This document shows, one piece after another, positions 14,301 to 27,330 of a DNA stretch of 64,000 nt. The stretch spans positions 154,506,001-154,570,000 of the forward strand of contig NC_058368.1 in assembly GCF_018350175.1 (NCBI RefSeq), given 5' to 3'. Under the pieces are notes generated by a model that ran no database searches, was not told where the DNA came from, and saw only the letters and a program-made list of their open reading frames with translations. The DNA is from Felis catus (lineage: Eukaryota). Position 1 is the stretch's first letter. Each line of letters begins with the position of its first letter. The translations under genes were made by a program, and so were the position numbers.

Positions 14301-15321
14301 CAAAGCAGGAGACAATATCCAGTGGAATAAAGACATTCTCTTCAGCAAACGGTGCTGGGACAATGTACATGTACAGTGACATGCTGAAAAATGAACCTGG
14401 GCCCCTTTCTTACACCATACACAAAAATGAACTCAAAATGGATGAAAGACCTAAACATAATACAGGAAGCCATCAAAATCCTCGAGGAGAAAGGTAAAAA
14501 CCTCTTTGACCTTGATCGCAGCAACTTCTTAATATGTCTCCAAAGACAAAGGAAACAAATGCAAAAATGAACTATTGGGCCCTCGTCAAAATAAAAAGCT
14601 TCTGCATAGCGAAGGAAACTATCAGCAAAACTAAAAGGCAACCTATGGAATGGGAGAAGATATTTGCCAATGACATATCAGACAACAGGTTAATATCCAG
14701 AATCTATAAAGAACTTTTCAAACTCAACACCCAAAAAAGCCACAAATAATCCAGTGAAGAAATGGGAAAAATAGATGAATACATTTCTCCAAAGAAGACA
14801 TCCAGATGGCTAACAGACACATGAAAAGATGCTGAACATCACTCATCATCAGGGAAATACAAATTTAAACCACAATGAGATACCACCTCACACCAGTCAG
14901 AATGGCTAAAATTAACAACTCCGGCAACAACAGATATTGGCGAGGATGCGGAGAAAGAGGATCTCTTTTTGCACTGCTGGTGGGAATCCAAACTGGTGCA
15001 GCACTCTGGAAAATAGTATGGAGGTTCCTCAACAAGTTAAAAATAAGACTACCCTACGACCCAGCAATTGCACTACTAGGTATTTATCCAAGGGATACAG
15101 GTGTGCTGTTTCGAAGGGGCACATGCATCCCAATGTTGATAGCAGCACTATCCACAAGAGCCAAAGTATGGAAAGAGCTCAAATGTCCATTGACGGATGA
15201 ATGGATAAAGAAGAAGTGATATGTATATACAATGGAGTATTACTCCGCAATCAAAAAGAAGAAAATCTTGCCATTTACAACTACATGGATGGAACTAGCG
15301 GTATTGTGCTAAGCGAAATTA
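11333..15321 (+). pseudogene. L1 ORF2 (endonuclease/reverse transcriptase), disrupted
   Basis: EN motifs IVNIYAPN, VGDSNTPL, SDHN; RT motif LFTDDMILY (13635-13646; canonical FADD); C-terminal RYHLTPVRMA. Broken into many short ORFs and interrupted by a SINE. Confidence 0.93.
12806..13009 (-). mobile_element. Young SINEC_Fc inserted in L1 ORF2
   Basis: Full reverse SINE; perfect 15-bp TSD aactcctattctttt at 12791-12805 and 13010-13024. Confidence 0.96.
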
Positions 15322-15625
15322 GAGAAATATAAACATCATATCACTTCACTCATGTAAGGAACTTAAGATAGAAAACAGATGAACCAAAAGGAAGGGAAGA
15401 AAAATAATATAAAAACAAGGAGGGGGACAAAACCTAACAGACTCTTAAATACAAAGAACAAACTGAAGGGTGCTGGAGGGGTTGTGAGTGGGGCGATGGG
15501 CTAAATGGGCAAGGGGCATTAAGGAAGATACTTGTTGGAATGAACACTGGGTGTTATACATGGGGGATCAATCACTGGAATCTACTCCTGAAATCATTAT
15601 TGCACTATATGCCGACCAGCTTGGA

Positions 15626-15626
<1 letters not shown>

Positions 15627-15667
<41 letters not shown>

Positions 15668-15677
15668 TAAATAAATA
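15627..15677. repeat. (GTAA)n(ATAA)n microsatellite derived from the L1 tail
   Basis: Tetranucleotide array occupying the poly-A position just before the TSD. Confidence 0.92.
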
Positions 15678-15800
15678 ATCCTTCTTCAGGAATGAAGGAC
15701 TCATTTCCCTATACTCTGGAACTGTAACCACCTCACAGCTTTCTCTATCAGCCTCTTTTATGAATTGTCTTCATCTGAAGACAAGTAACTTGCTCGAGTT
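15678..15800 (+). mobile_element. ERVL LTR16-like fragment (target of the L1 insertion)
   Basis: Rejoined empty site 'agatccttcttcaggaatgaaggactcatttccc..gaattgtcttcatctgaaga' resembles the LTR16 family. Confidence 0.45.
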
Positions 15801-16409
15801 CCAGAGGAAAATAAAAGACTCAGGGAAGTTATAGACTTCTGACCATCTTAATGGCCTGAGTTATCAGTGCCCCAACACACACTGGAATCTAGAGATGGCT
15901 GACATATATTGTCTCTATGTCTAAAAGAAAATTCAGATGAAAACAGTTGAACTTTGACATCTTATAATTAGTGCTTCCTACTGCAAGCACTCACCCAGGG
16001 AGACATATAAGAACACAAGAATGTATAAGAAAATCTAATTTCTGCTTTCTTGACTATATTGTTCTCTCATGGCTCCCCACTCCCCACCCTGCCATTCAAT
16101 TTTTTTTTTCTTTTTGGAAACTCATGTATTTGTAACTACCATTCTTAGTTTTCAGTATTGTTGAAATTTGTAATCTCCTTTTCTGTCCAATTTCTTTCCT
16201 GAGTAGCTAAGTTTCCTTTACCTTAGTCTGGAATATAAGTACATTTTTTCCAGGTTATTGTTTCTGCCATACTCATTGACAGACACAAAGTAATTTGATC
16301 ACTTCATTCAACTTATTTTTCCCATTTTCCCCCCAGAGATTTACCATCATATATCTATAATTTGAAAAGTATGTTTTTAACTGCAAAATAAAGGAAGTAA
16401 TATATTTCT

Positions 16410-16623
16410 TTTTTTTTTTCAACGTTTATTTTATTTTTGGGACAGAGAGAGACAGAGCATGAACGGGGGAGGAGCAGAGAGAGAGGGAGACACAGAATCG
16501 GAAACAGGCTCCAGGCTCTGAGCCATCAGCCCAGAGTCCGACGCGGGGCTCGAACTCACAGACCGCGAGATCGTGACCTGGCTGAAGTCGGATGCTTAAC
16601 CGACTGCGCCACCCAGGCGCCCC
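16410..16623 (-). mobile_element. Young SINEC_Fc
   Basis: Full reverse SINE, CpG-rich; 16-bp TSD gaagtaatatatttct at 16394-16409 and 16625-16640. Confidence 0.97.
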
Positions 16624-17129
16624 AGAAGTAATATATTTCTACATTTACATGTTAACATTCTCCCAAGAGCAAAGCTCATGCATTTGAATTTTGAGATTGT
16701 GGCATATAAGCTTCCTGAAACTCCTTTTCATATTTCAAAATAACAAATGGATTTTATTTTATCTTTTCTGAACTTCAAAATAATATTTGTTTATTTTTAA
16801 ACAATATATTAAAATAAAAGAAAATATCAGCTGGGTCTCTGCAGAAATTATCACTAGTAACCTTATAGGTCTATGTTGTTCTGATTTGATTCATAATTTT
16901 ATAAAAATTAAATCATACTATATATGCTGTTTTCATTTGGTGATAGGAAGTTCTCTATACTAAAAATATAGAACTACATAATTTTCATGACTAAAAAATC
17001 TAAACCAATATACCAATTCTGTCACAATGAATAGACTTAAAACAATTATTTTTCTGTTCATGCCACTAGAAATTTAAACTATCCCTTATTGTTGCCATCT
17101 GCTCACATTTTGGTCCCTTTCTTCATCAC

Positions 17130-17730
17130 CTAACATATAACATAGCTCACTGTTTTCTTCTCTGTCATCCTAACTTCAGTTATCATCCTAAAAGCTTTCA
17201 ATGTGAACAACACAATTAAAACAAAAATTTTTCATTTCTTTGACTTTTTCCTTACCGTTGACATCATTGTCACTCTCTCATGTACAAAATCTTGTGATCA
17301 AACCCTGGTTTTGTCATTAAATCAAATGAATTAGTTTCCAACAACCTCATCTTATTTCAGATCACCTATTCTTCCCTATTAGTTGTTCTTTTGACCTCAT
17401 TGGAACCTCGAGGGCAATGACTCTTCAACTTTGTTCCTCTTCATAAATCCCCATTTTTATTTTAAAAGTATAAAATAATTTACATCACATTTTAAATTAA
17501 TATCTTAAGTTCTCTTTCTCATATGTTTACATCATACCTTCTTAGAGAAATTCCAATCCAGAAATAACCCAAATTACATCCCATACCTATGCCTGGAAGA
17601 ACATACACTAAGTGGGAATACTGACGCTGCTACTACCATTAATTCAGTCACCAAATTTTACAGGCCCTTTAACATTGTTTCCTTTGTCAGAGGAAACACC
17701 TTAGACACCTTGTCTACTCTCCTTCTCAGT
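17130..17730 (+). mobile_element. Ancient LINE-2 ORF relic
   Basis: Pyrimidine-rich L2-like motifs ('caaaccctggttttgtcatta', 'ccaatccagaaataacccaa', 'tcagtcaccaaatttacaggcccttta'). Confidence 0.45.
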
Positions 17731-17994
17731 GGATCTACTTCAAAAGAATAAAAAAGAATAAAAAATATCTATTGTTTAAAGCCTTTGCCACATTATCTTC
17801 CAAGAAAAAAAGGAATTATTATTTATCACATATTGTAACACAATCTTTCAATTCTGGTCTGGATCTCCAAGCCTAACCACACCGTAATCTCACTTCTCCT
17901 GCTGTATTTATCACCAAGTTACTCCTCTAATGTAACTTCTCCGTGCTAAACGTATATTACTGTCTTTGAGGGGTTGTATTTTTATACATGTATG

Positions 17995-18608
17995 ATGATT
18001 AATCTAAAAAGGAAATTAAGAAAATAATTCTATTCACAATAACACCAAAAATAATAAAATACTTAAGGATAAATTTAATAAAAGGAGCCAAAACTCATAC
18101 TGTCAAAATAATAAAATGTTGTTATCCAAGATTTTTAAAAATCTAAATGCATTTTATAAAATATCCTGTTTGAGTCAAAAGAGTTAACATTAAAGTGCAA
18201 ATACTCAGTAAACTATCTACATATGCTACTCAATCCATATCAGAAGCTCCAATGACTTCTTTGTAGAAACTGACAAATTAATTGTAACACCCATTTGAAA
18301 TTCCAAGGACCTGGAATAGCCAAACAATTATGAAAAAAAGAAAGTAGGAGGATCTTGACTTTCTACTTTCAAAACTTTCTACAAAGCAGTGGCAATGAAG
18401 ACTGGGGTACTAGGGGGTACCTGGGTGCCTCAGTTGGTTAAGTACCTTACTCTTGATTTTGGTTCAGGTCATGAGCTCATGGTTCATGAGATGGAGTCCC
18501 CCATCATGCTCTGCACTGACAGCACAGAGCCTGCTTGGGATTTTCTCTCTCTCACTTTCTTGCTGCACCACCACCTCCAAGTAAATAAACTTAAAAAAAA
18601 AAAAGAAG

Positions 18609-18671
<63 letters not shown>

Positions 18672-20455
18672 GAAAGAAAGACAGACAGACTGTGGTACTG
18701 GGACAGAGATAGACATATAGAAAAATGGAATAAAATTGAGAGCACAGAAATAAATGCATGCATCTATGGTCAATTAATTTTTGACAAGTGTGCCACAACC
18801 AGTGGTGGGAAAAGAAAAATATGTTCACCTAATGTTCCTGCAACAAGTGAATAGCAGAAAAAGAATAAAGTCAGATCCATTTCGTAAACCATATACAAAA
18901 ATCAACTCAAAATGCATAAAATAATGAAATGTAAGAGCCAATACTCTAAGACTCTTAAAAGAAAACAAAAGGGTAAATCTTTGTGACCTGGGATTTTGCA
19001 AAGGATTCTTAAATATTACACCAAAATCATGAGCAACAAAAGAAAAAAAAATAGATAAATTGGACTTTTTCAAATAAAAATTTTTGTGCTTCAAATAAAA
19101 AAGTAAAAAAGACAATCGATGGAAAGAGAGAAAATATTTCCTAATTATATATCTGATGAAGGACTGGTATCTAGAATATATGAAGAATCCTTACAATTCA
19201 ATATAAAAAAATAACCCCATTAAAAATTGGTAAAGGATCTGAATAGTCATTTTTCCGAAGAAAATAGTCAAGTGCCTAGTAAGTACATGAAAGATGCTAG
19301 ACATCATTAACTGTCAGTAAAATACAAATCAAAATCACAAGAGACAACATTATTCCTACCAGCATGGCTATATTAATAAAAAAAAAAGACAAATAGTGAG
19401 AAGTATTAGTGACAATGTAGAGAAAATTTAACTTTCAGAGCCTACTAGTGGAAAAATGGAATAGTACAGCTGCTTCAGAAAATAGTTTGGCAGCTCCCCT
19501 AATGATTAAACAGAGTTATGATCCTCTACTATGTATATATATATATACAACAAAAATAAAAACGTATATCTAGACAAAAATATTTTATATGAATGCTTGT
19601 AGCAGCATTATTCATTATAGCTAAAAAGTGCAAGTAATCAATGAAACAACCTAAATATCCACCAACAGAGTAATGGATAAGGAAAGTGGTATATACGTAC
19701 AATGGAATATTATTCCTACTAACAGGAATGAAGTAATGACACATGTTACAGCTTCTATGGATCTTGAAAGCATTATCCTAAATAAAAGTCGCCAGACATG
19801 CATGCTCATGTATTATATGATCTCATGCATATGAATCTCTGGAATTGGAAAATCTATACAGACACAAGAGAGATCAGAGTTTGCTTAGGGCCTTTAAAAA
19901 AAAAAACAAATAAAAAAACAAACAAGAAAACTCTTCCTTTCTGTTCCAAGAATGACAGTGGTCATTCTGAGGTGAAGAGAGAAAATTGGGATTGCTGTTG
20001 AAGGCCAGTCCTGCCTGCATGGACAAGAGCCCTGGGGTCTTCATGTCACTGGGGCATTGCAGAGCTATCCCCTCTTCATTCTTGACTATGGAAGTTAATG
20101 AACAAAAGAAATCTCCCAGCTCAGGAACCAGACACATCTTGGGTGGCATTACACCACAATCCCAAGGTACTGACTTTGGTCCTTAGACTCCTTTCCCTCC
20201 TCCAGGGTTTTACCCAGAACTCAGGTCCCTGCTAAAGCCACTTGTGTGTATTCTGGGTTATAGGGGAATGAACTACAGGGACTGATAGCTAAAGAACATG
20301 AGGTTTTATTTTGGGGGTGATTAAAACGTTCCAAAATTGTGATGATGGCTCAACTCATCTCAGTATACTAAAAAAACACTGAGTTGTATACTTAAATGGA
20401 TGAATTGCATGGTCAGTGAATTAGATCCCAAAAGACTTTGGTAAAAAAAAAAACA
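17995..20455 (+). mobile_element. Old 5'-truncated L1 (L1MB-like 3' UTR) with internal insertions
   Basis: ORF2 3' motifs and L1MB-type end 'ttttgggggtgattaaaacgttccaaaattgtgatgatgg..aaatggatgaattgcatgg'. Confidence 0.85.
18413..18686 (+). mobile_element. Older CAN-SINE with (GAAA)n-expanded tail
   Basis: SINE head and body; tail (GAAA)n at about 18610-18680; TSD agactggggtact / agactgtggtact at 18399-18411 and 18687-18699. Confidence 0.92.
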
Positions 20456-20502
20456 AACACAAAAACAAAACAAAACAAAACCCCAAACAAACAAACAAAA
20501 CA

Positions 20503-20970
20503 ACCATTTAATTGCTCTCAATTTCAAAATTTGGCCAGAAAACAACATAGACAGCTAGTCTCTGCTCCATGTGGTATAAGTCAGGGTCATTTATGGCAAT
20601 GCCTTCAGGTGATAGCTCAACAGGTTTAAAAAAAAAAAAAAGCCAAGATGGCTATACTAACATGTGGTGCCTCCATTATCTGGAGGCCGATCAAATCTCT
20701 CACTCCATGTACATGCCTAAGCTTCTGTATATGGATAATCTCAGGAGGGTAAATGTGGAAGCTACAGGTCTCTCAAGACTGATATTAGAGATTTGAAAAT
20801 GTCACTTCCATCACACTCTGATGATCAATGCAAGTCACAAGTCCAGCTCAGATTCAAGGTGAAAGGAACTAGATTATGCATCTTCCATCTTCATGGATGG
20901 CATGAGAGGTGGGATCATAAGAAAAGGGGAAACATTGTTGGTGGTCCTATTTGGCAAAGGTTTACCCCAG
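20503..20970 (-). mobile_element. MaLR MLT1-type solo LTR remnant
   Basis: 'ccaagatggct..acatgtgg', 'ggaagctacaggtctct', 'tgtcacttccatcacactctg..gcaagtcacaagtccagctcagattcaagg'. Confidence 0.75.
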
Positions 20971-21263
20971 TATTCCATCTTTAAAAAGTCATCAACCGAC
21001 AAGAAATTACACAATGAAACAAAAATTCTAGAGTCTGTTACCTTTCCTGAATTCCCTGTCTTACTCCTTTATAGCCAAACTTTTGAAAAACTTTTATTCT
21101 TTCTTCCCATTTTCTCACCTACCACTAATCCATTAATCCACTCTAAAAGTATATACCAAGCATCATAGTTGTCAAACATTAAGCTCATCTATTTCAATTC
21201 ACCTTTTAAATAATTTTATAGGAGTTTCTCATTCTCTGACTCATTCATGAAGCCTATAATCCT

Positions 21264-21287
21264 CTGTTTTAAATTTATTTTTTTTTT

Positions 21288-21334
<47 letters not shown>

Positions 21335-21498
21335 CCAGCAGGTGAGAGAGAGATAGAAAGAGAAAGAGAATCCCAAGCAGGATCTGTGCTGTCAGCACAG
21401 ACCTCAAGGTGGGGCTCAAACTCATGAACCATGAGATAATGACCTGAGCCCAAGTCAAGAGTAAGACACTCTACTGACTAAGCCACTCAGGTGTCTCG
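21264..21498 (-). mobile_element. CAN-SINE (older)
   Basis: Reverse SINE with (GA)n; TSD tgaagc(c/a)tataatcct at 21248-21263 and 21499-21514. Confidence 0.93.
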
Positions 21499-21669
21499 TG
21501 AAGCATATAATCCTAAATCAGAAGAAGGCTTATTAGTTTAGAACTTTAACAAAACAGTAAGCTTGAAAGCTGTATTCAGGGAATAAGATTTGTCAAATTT
21601 GCATTATTAGACTCAAAGCCTGGAGGATCCCATTCATAAAGTTTACCTGTATGTGTAGGAGAGGGAATA

Positions 21670-21817
21670 ACAATAAAAACTGTAATATTTATTTCTCACT
21701 TATTAGGCACTTTGTAGGTATTTATTAAGTTCTTTTGACCTTACTATCAGGTAGACACTTTTATAATGTTCCTGACTTTATCCATTCAGGAAACTCAGTG
21801 AAATTGTGTTAAGTGAC
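21670..21817 (-). mobile_element. MIR relic, followed by (CA)n and an L2 3' end
   Basis: MIR core-like 'aggaaactcag..gttaagtgact'. Confidence 0.5.
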
Positions 21818-24800
21818 TCACACACACACACTCACACACACACTCACACACACACACACACAATTTAATATAACTAAATATACATCCCTATCTATCTACC
21901 TACCTACATACCTACCTTCTCTATTATCTGTCTCCTATCCACAAAGTATAAACTCTGTAAGATAGGAATGTGTATACTCAGCTAGGTGCTCAGTAACCAT
22001 GTTGACAAAATCAATGACTAAATAAATAAATTTATTTGTGCTTTTTCCATCTTTTAAAATTTGTTTTTGCAAGATCAAGACATGAATCATACGCATTTCA
22101 ATATGCTGCTTTTCACTACATGAGCAATGTTCTTTTTTGTCACTATTCTTCAGTAGGCTGACTTTTTAACTGACTGGATAATATTCTTTAACATGAATAA
22201 AAAAGTTTTACTATCTAATTCCTTATTGTTGGTTATTTGAACTGTTCCTAATTTGATACTACTGTAAAGTATAGTGTAATAAATATTCACATTTAGAATT
22301 TATCTTAAGTGTAATTTTTAGGACAACTTCCTAGGAATTAATAGTATCAGTATTTTTGAAACTGTGTGCAGATTGACAGGGTATCACCCATGTATTTTCC
22401 ACCAAGACTAGGAAAAGAGAACACCTCTTTCATTTCATTTTTGGCAACACTGGTCATAGAAGTTTTAATTAAGTTGTAGATTCACTTTCTTCAAGAAGAA
22501 TGGCCATATTTGGTTTTCATACTTTCAAAAACCATCAGTTTAAAGCCGCAACATAGACGAAGAACTTTTGCAGATGGAGCTGTTCTTGGAACTACTCTTC
22601 ACTTTGGATTTCACAACTGATAACTACCCAAGAGTTTCCATCCCCAAGTTCAGGGCAGTTTTCTTGAATGTTTGCAAAGAAATTCAGTTCATTACTGTTG
22701 CAGAAAGAAAAGAAACTATAACTATCAAGCTAGGTAGGTGGCTTGGCAAGAAGTTAGAGAGAGGATATAATCCATAGGAAATATTGTACTCCCACACCTC
22801 CTCTGTCCAGGATTTGTTATTGAAGTTTTTGTCTTCTACTAGTACATACTCCAGTTCACTACCAGGAGATCCTCACCTTTCATTTTGACTTTGATTGAAC
22901 CTGTCATCTTCTGCCAGTGCTCCTACATGAAGCTTTACCTATCACCTTCATTTCCTGAAAAGCCCATCCCTTACTTTGTTGTCCATGCAAAATTAAGTCC
23001 TCTACTAATCACCCTGCACCCTATCAATTCAACTAAACTCCAGCATTTCCTCCACACCTAAGTCCTATAACAGACACTTCTACATCTACTTATCTTCCAT
23101 TTCTCCAGTTCTCCCAAAGCACTGTGCTGGAATTATCCCCCTTTTCCCCACTGTCTCTCCCTAATCAATCACTTGTAATCCCTAGACCCACTATTCACAC
23201 AACTCTCCTGTGTCATGATCAAACTACTCACAATAGTTAACAACAATTCTTGGTTATATTAAGATACAGGAGTTCAGGTATAGTGTATTTAGAATCTCTT
23301 AGGGAAAACAGAAGAAAAAGAGAGTACTATCCTCTGTCAGGGCTGGGCACATCGGACAGATTATCAAGGTTTGCCCAAGTGCAGGGTGGTGTTATTTTAA
23401 ATTAGACAATACCTAATATATTTGCGCTATTCATGTAATATAGAAGGATAGAATATTGCAGTTCTCCATATATAATGAGATTGATTTTTTAATGGGCTTC
23501 AAAAAGACGTAATAGCTATAGATGAAGTGTAACACAGAATTTCCTTTTAGTAAAGACTTTCAGATATGTGGATGCTTTTAAATGCGATGAGGTTATTATT
23601 CAAATATATGCATCTAGACCTTCACACACACACAAAAAAAGGCCAACTGCTCAATCTCTGGGATACTTGAGCAGTTACAGCCAGAGGGCTGGTCTGAATG
23701 ATCTGGAGGTCTTTTTAAATATAATTCTGTATTTAGAATCTGTTGTCTGTATTTACTTTCTTCGCAGACCCAGTGAACCTGGCAAGCCTACTGTAATTAG
23801 AAATTACAATTTAGAGCTGGAGCAAAATGGAATGGTTAAATGTAGACACACCTAGGCAGCAGGCGGCCCTTCTGGCAGTCTGTTCTATTGTGTTGTTCTT
23901 CGTGATTTCTAATCCAATTGCATATTTAAAAAACTTAAACATTTTTAAAACGGAAAGAACTGAAGAGAGAAATGTTTTTCTTTTATGGGGCCTTGGTATC
24001 TCCAAAAGAAAAGCAAAACCCTCCTGCCAAAGGAAAATGTTTTTGTCGTATTTTAGATTTATCGTTACACATGGGTGGGAGGATGGAAGAAGCCCAACAT
24101 GTTTCTTGCTGTCATAATTCCTTTTTTATGCCTTTGTTTTAAATGTTGTCATTGAGTTCAGGGGCCAGGAGAGGGAGACGTTAATATGGAGATCATAGCA
24201 TGGGTCTTTTTGAGAGCTTTCTTTTGTTCTTGGTTCAGTTTCCACCAGGTTAGACTGGGAGTACTGCTGAGGAGGCCACAGGATTGAGGGTTGTAAAAGT
24301 CAAGAATCTTTGTTTTCAGTGATAATCTTATAACAAATGGGAGCCAGGTGTGCAATATTTGAGTTGGCTGCTTTTCAGGGTTTTTATTTATTTTTCTTTA
24401 GGCATGCAACAACGAGGCAGGCTAGAATGAAAATACAATCTCGTAATGCCTATTTTGGGTGGTTTTTAAAATTATTGAGTAATTACAACAAACTATAAGG
24501 AAAATATGAATAAAGATACAAACTTGGGATAATGCATAAACTTTGGATTTCTCCCAAATACAATAAGTCTTTTATCCTTAACTGTTCCGATCACATGAGG
24601 CCACCCATCTGGTTTCAACTCCTTCAGACATACACCGTTTTAGGTCACTGACAGTATTCATGGATTATGGAGTCAAAGAGGTGGAAGAGACCTAGAAATG
24701 ATCTAAAAAAACCTCTTGTTTTGCCTGCTCAAAGTGTCTGGTCTAACTCAGTGGAAAAACTGCAATTAACGATGAGTTCTTCCACTTTCAAACTCAAGGA

Positions 24801-24939
24801 CACTTTTTTCCTTATAACATTCTTTCTCTCGTTTTCATAATAGAACGATCAGTAAATGATAGAGTTTTTAAATAAGCACAGTTGAATTCATACATACTCA
24901 AATCCCAGTATTTTCCATTTCACAAAATATCACAGCCTG

Positions 24940-25161
24940 GGGTGGGGGGGGACGGGCTGGGTGGCTCAGTCGGTTCAGCATCCGACTTCAGCTCAGGTCA
25001 CGATCTCACAGTTTGTGAGTTCAAGCCCAGCGTTGGGCTCTGTGCTGACAGCTCGGAGCCTGGAGCCTGCTTCGGATTCTGTGTCTCCCTCTCTCTCTGC
25101 CACTTCCCCACTTGTGCTTTGTCTCTCTCTCTCAAAAATAAATAAACATTAATTTTTTTTT
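24940..25161 (+). mobile_element. Felid CAN-SINE with G-expanded 5' end
   Basis: SINE body and tail; TSD aaatatcacagcctg / aaatatcacaacttg at 24925-24939 and 25162-25176. Confidence 0.94.
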
Positions 25162-27196
25162 AAATATCACAACTTGTAGAGGACTTTGTCAATCATCGAT
25201 TTCCCCATCTTTTGATTTCTGCATCCTGATTTCCTTTAAATAAAACTCCCACCCATGTGCTCCTCATTGGGCTGACTACATTCACAATTCTACTAGAGCC
25301 ACATCAGCCCAATGGGAATGCCACATCACCTGGGCCACCATGATTGGGTCATGCCCCCGATCCCTGAAACAAATCCGTCTGAGCTAACTGTAGGACTTGT
25401 ACAAATACATCTTTAATACAGGTATCCTCTAGGTGGTATGGTTGTTAGCAGGCCACAGGAGCATATGAGTAAAAAGGAAAGCATTTGAAAATGTAAGCTA
25501 TTCAGTGAAAAATAAAGATCCTAAAAGTACATGGAAATGGGTAAGATAAGGACCTTGTTTCAGAGGTGCTAAATTATATGAGTTCAGAGAAGCATTAGTG
25601 CTACATACATTCACTTTACTATGCATTTTTCTGAACTCTTGTAGTAACCAAACTCTACATTCCTTACATATGAGACTGGCACCCCAAATCATTTTTTTCC
25701 CCAAAATGAGGTAGTAAATAAAGATATCAGTGCATTTGGATTTTCATTTTTTTCTTTTATCCCCATTGAATTCTTAAATATTACTGCATTTTTAAAGAGT
25801 TACTCAGAACAAAATCTATTCTAAGATACCACAAAAGGGGATGAGAACTAGGATAATTGCATGAGAAAAGGAAATGTGTGGATATTTTTAACATTCCAAC
25901 TCTCTATTACACTTAGAGATGATGATTACGAGTAGGAATCCAATAGGGAGCTAATCCTGTCTTATTACCAATGTGTGTATTCGTTGGGACATAAAACATT
26001 CCTATATTTATGGAGAAAAATAATGTTGAGTTGTATATAAAAGTAGTCAGACACACTCGATTTTTTGTCTTTTCAGCAAATATTCTTTTTTTTAAATATG
26101 CTTGAACTATGTTCCCTTTTTGTTTTCCTGTTATTGACACAGTATGGACTAAGACCATAAAGGAGATAATTTAAGGACAACTTCATACCTGAAAAGTTGA
26201 AATCATTGGTTTCCCCTCACAGAGGACTCCCTGGGGAACATAATACAGGGAATCATGGGCAATTTACTACTAGTTGTGATATGTATCTGTCTGATATAAA
26301 AAACCAATGGTTTCCTTATTTTTTTTTAATAAAAGGCCTCCCTGGGGACCAAAGAGTAGAAGGTCAGAACAGCTTCCTAGTTTGCATGCCTGTTTGTTCT
26401 CCAACAGCAAACAATCCTTCAGGTAATGACACTTTGGTCTCTGGTGCAGTGGATGCAGCCCTGTGTGCTCTGCCACACCTACCGCTGTGCTATGATTACA
26501 GAGAAGTTCTTACCTGGATGGAAAATGCAGGATTTTCAAGATGAAATATGCCCCATTCACTTGCTACTCTCTTACTCAAACTTGATGCACCTGATAGCCC
26601 TCCACTCCTTAATCCAGCTCTATTTTAGAAAGAGAAAATCTTTGTCACATTTCTACATACCATTTAAGGCCCTGGTTTGGTTTGTTTTCTTCCTGAGCCA
26701 TTTCCTTCTACTGAAAAATTTAGGACACAGCATAAGAGCATAGCAAAGCATCAGCGACCTATAAAATATACTGGGCCAAACAGCTTAACTTGATGCCAAA
26801 TTTGGTTAAGATATTTGTAAACATCTCTGAAGGTGCTGATCTATTTATCTGTGTGTGTGTATGTGTGTTTAGAGGAACACATATGAACATGTGAAATCAA
26901 AATGAATTTTCATTTTAGAATGGTCTTTTAGAAAGAGTTTTGTTGAGCCCTTAAACATCATTATGGATGACATAAAACAATGCAAAGACAGTATTGGTAC
27001 ACTTAAGCCAAGCTGCAGTATGAGACTTAGTGCCAAAATCTATCACTTTCTTGTTACAGTCAAAATCCTACAGTGTTCTTTAAATTCTTTCCACTGAAAA
27101 AAGCTATATGGCTTTTGCTGTAAAACCACATGTCCAGGCTCTTCAATCTTTACAATCTTATTTGAATAATGTAAGAGAAATGTGTGGTGGTAGGAG

Positions 27197-27276
27197 ATAT
27201 ATATATATACATATATACATATATACACATATATATGTATATATATACACATATGTATAAACATATACATACACAC

Positions 27277-27319
<43 letters not shown>

Positions 27320-27330
27320 TATGTATATAT
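27197..27330. repeat. Compound (TA)/(CA) microsatellite
   Basis: About 130 bp of alternating purine-pyrimidine sequence. Confidence 0.95.

Larger units (their letters stand above)
8626..15677 (+). mobile_element. Full-length carnivore/felid LINE-1, inactivated
   Basis: Starts gggaggggccaagatgg (YY1-type 5' end), GC-rich 5' UTR, ORF1, ORF2, 3' UTR and tail. Perfect 15-bp TSD atccttcttcaggaa at 8611-8625 and 15678-15692. Confidence 0.97.

Noticed and set aside
11489..15219. Cluster of longer ORFs as host genes or an active retrotransposon
   Set aside because: All are frameshifted pieces of one L1 ORF2, with stops and a SINE insertion.
18389..18828. Overlapping 99-114 aa ORFs
   Set aside because: Artefacts of a SINE with a (GAAA)n tail.
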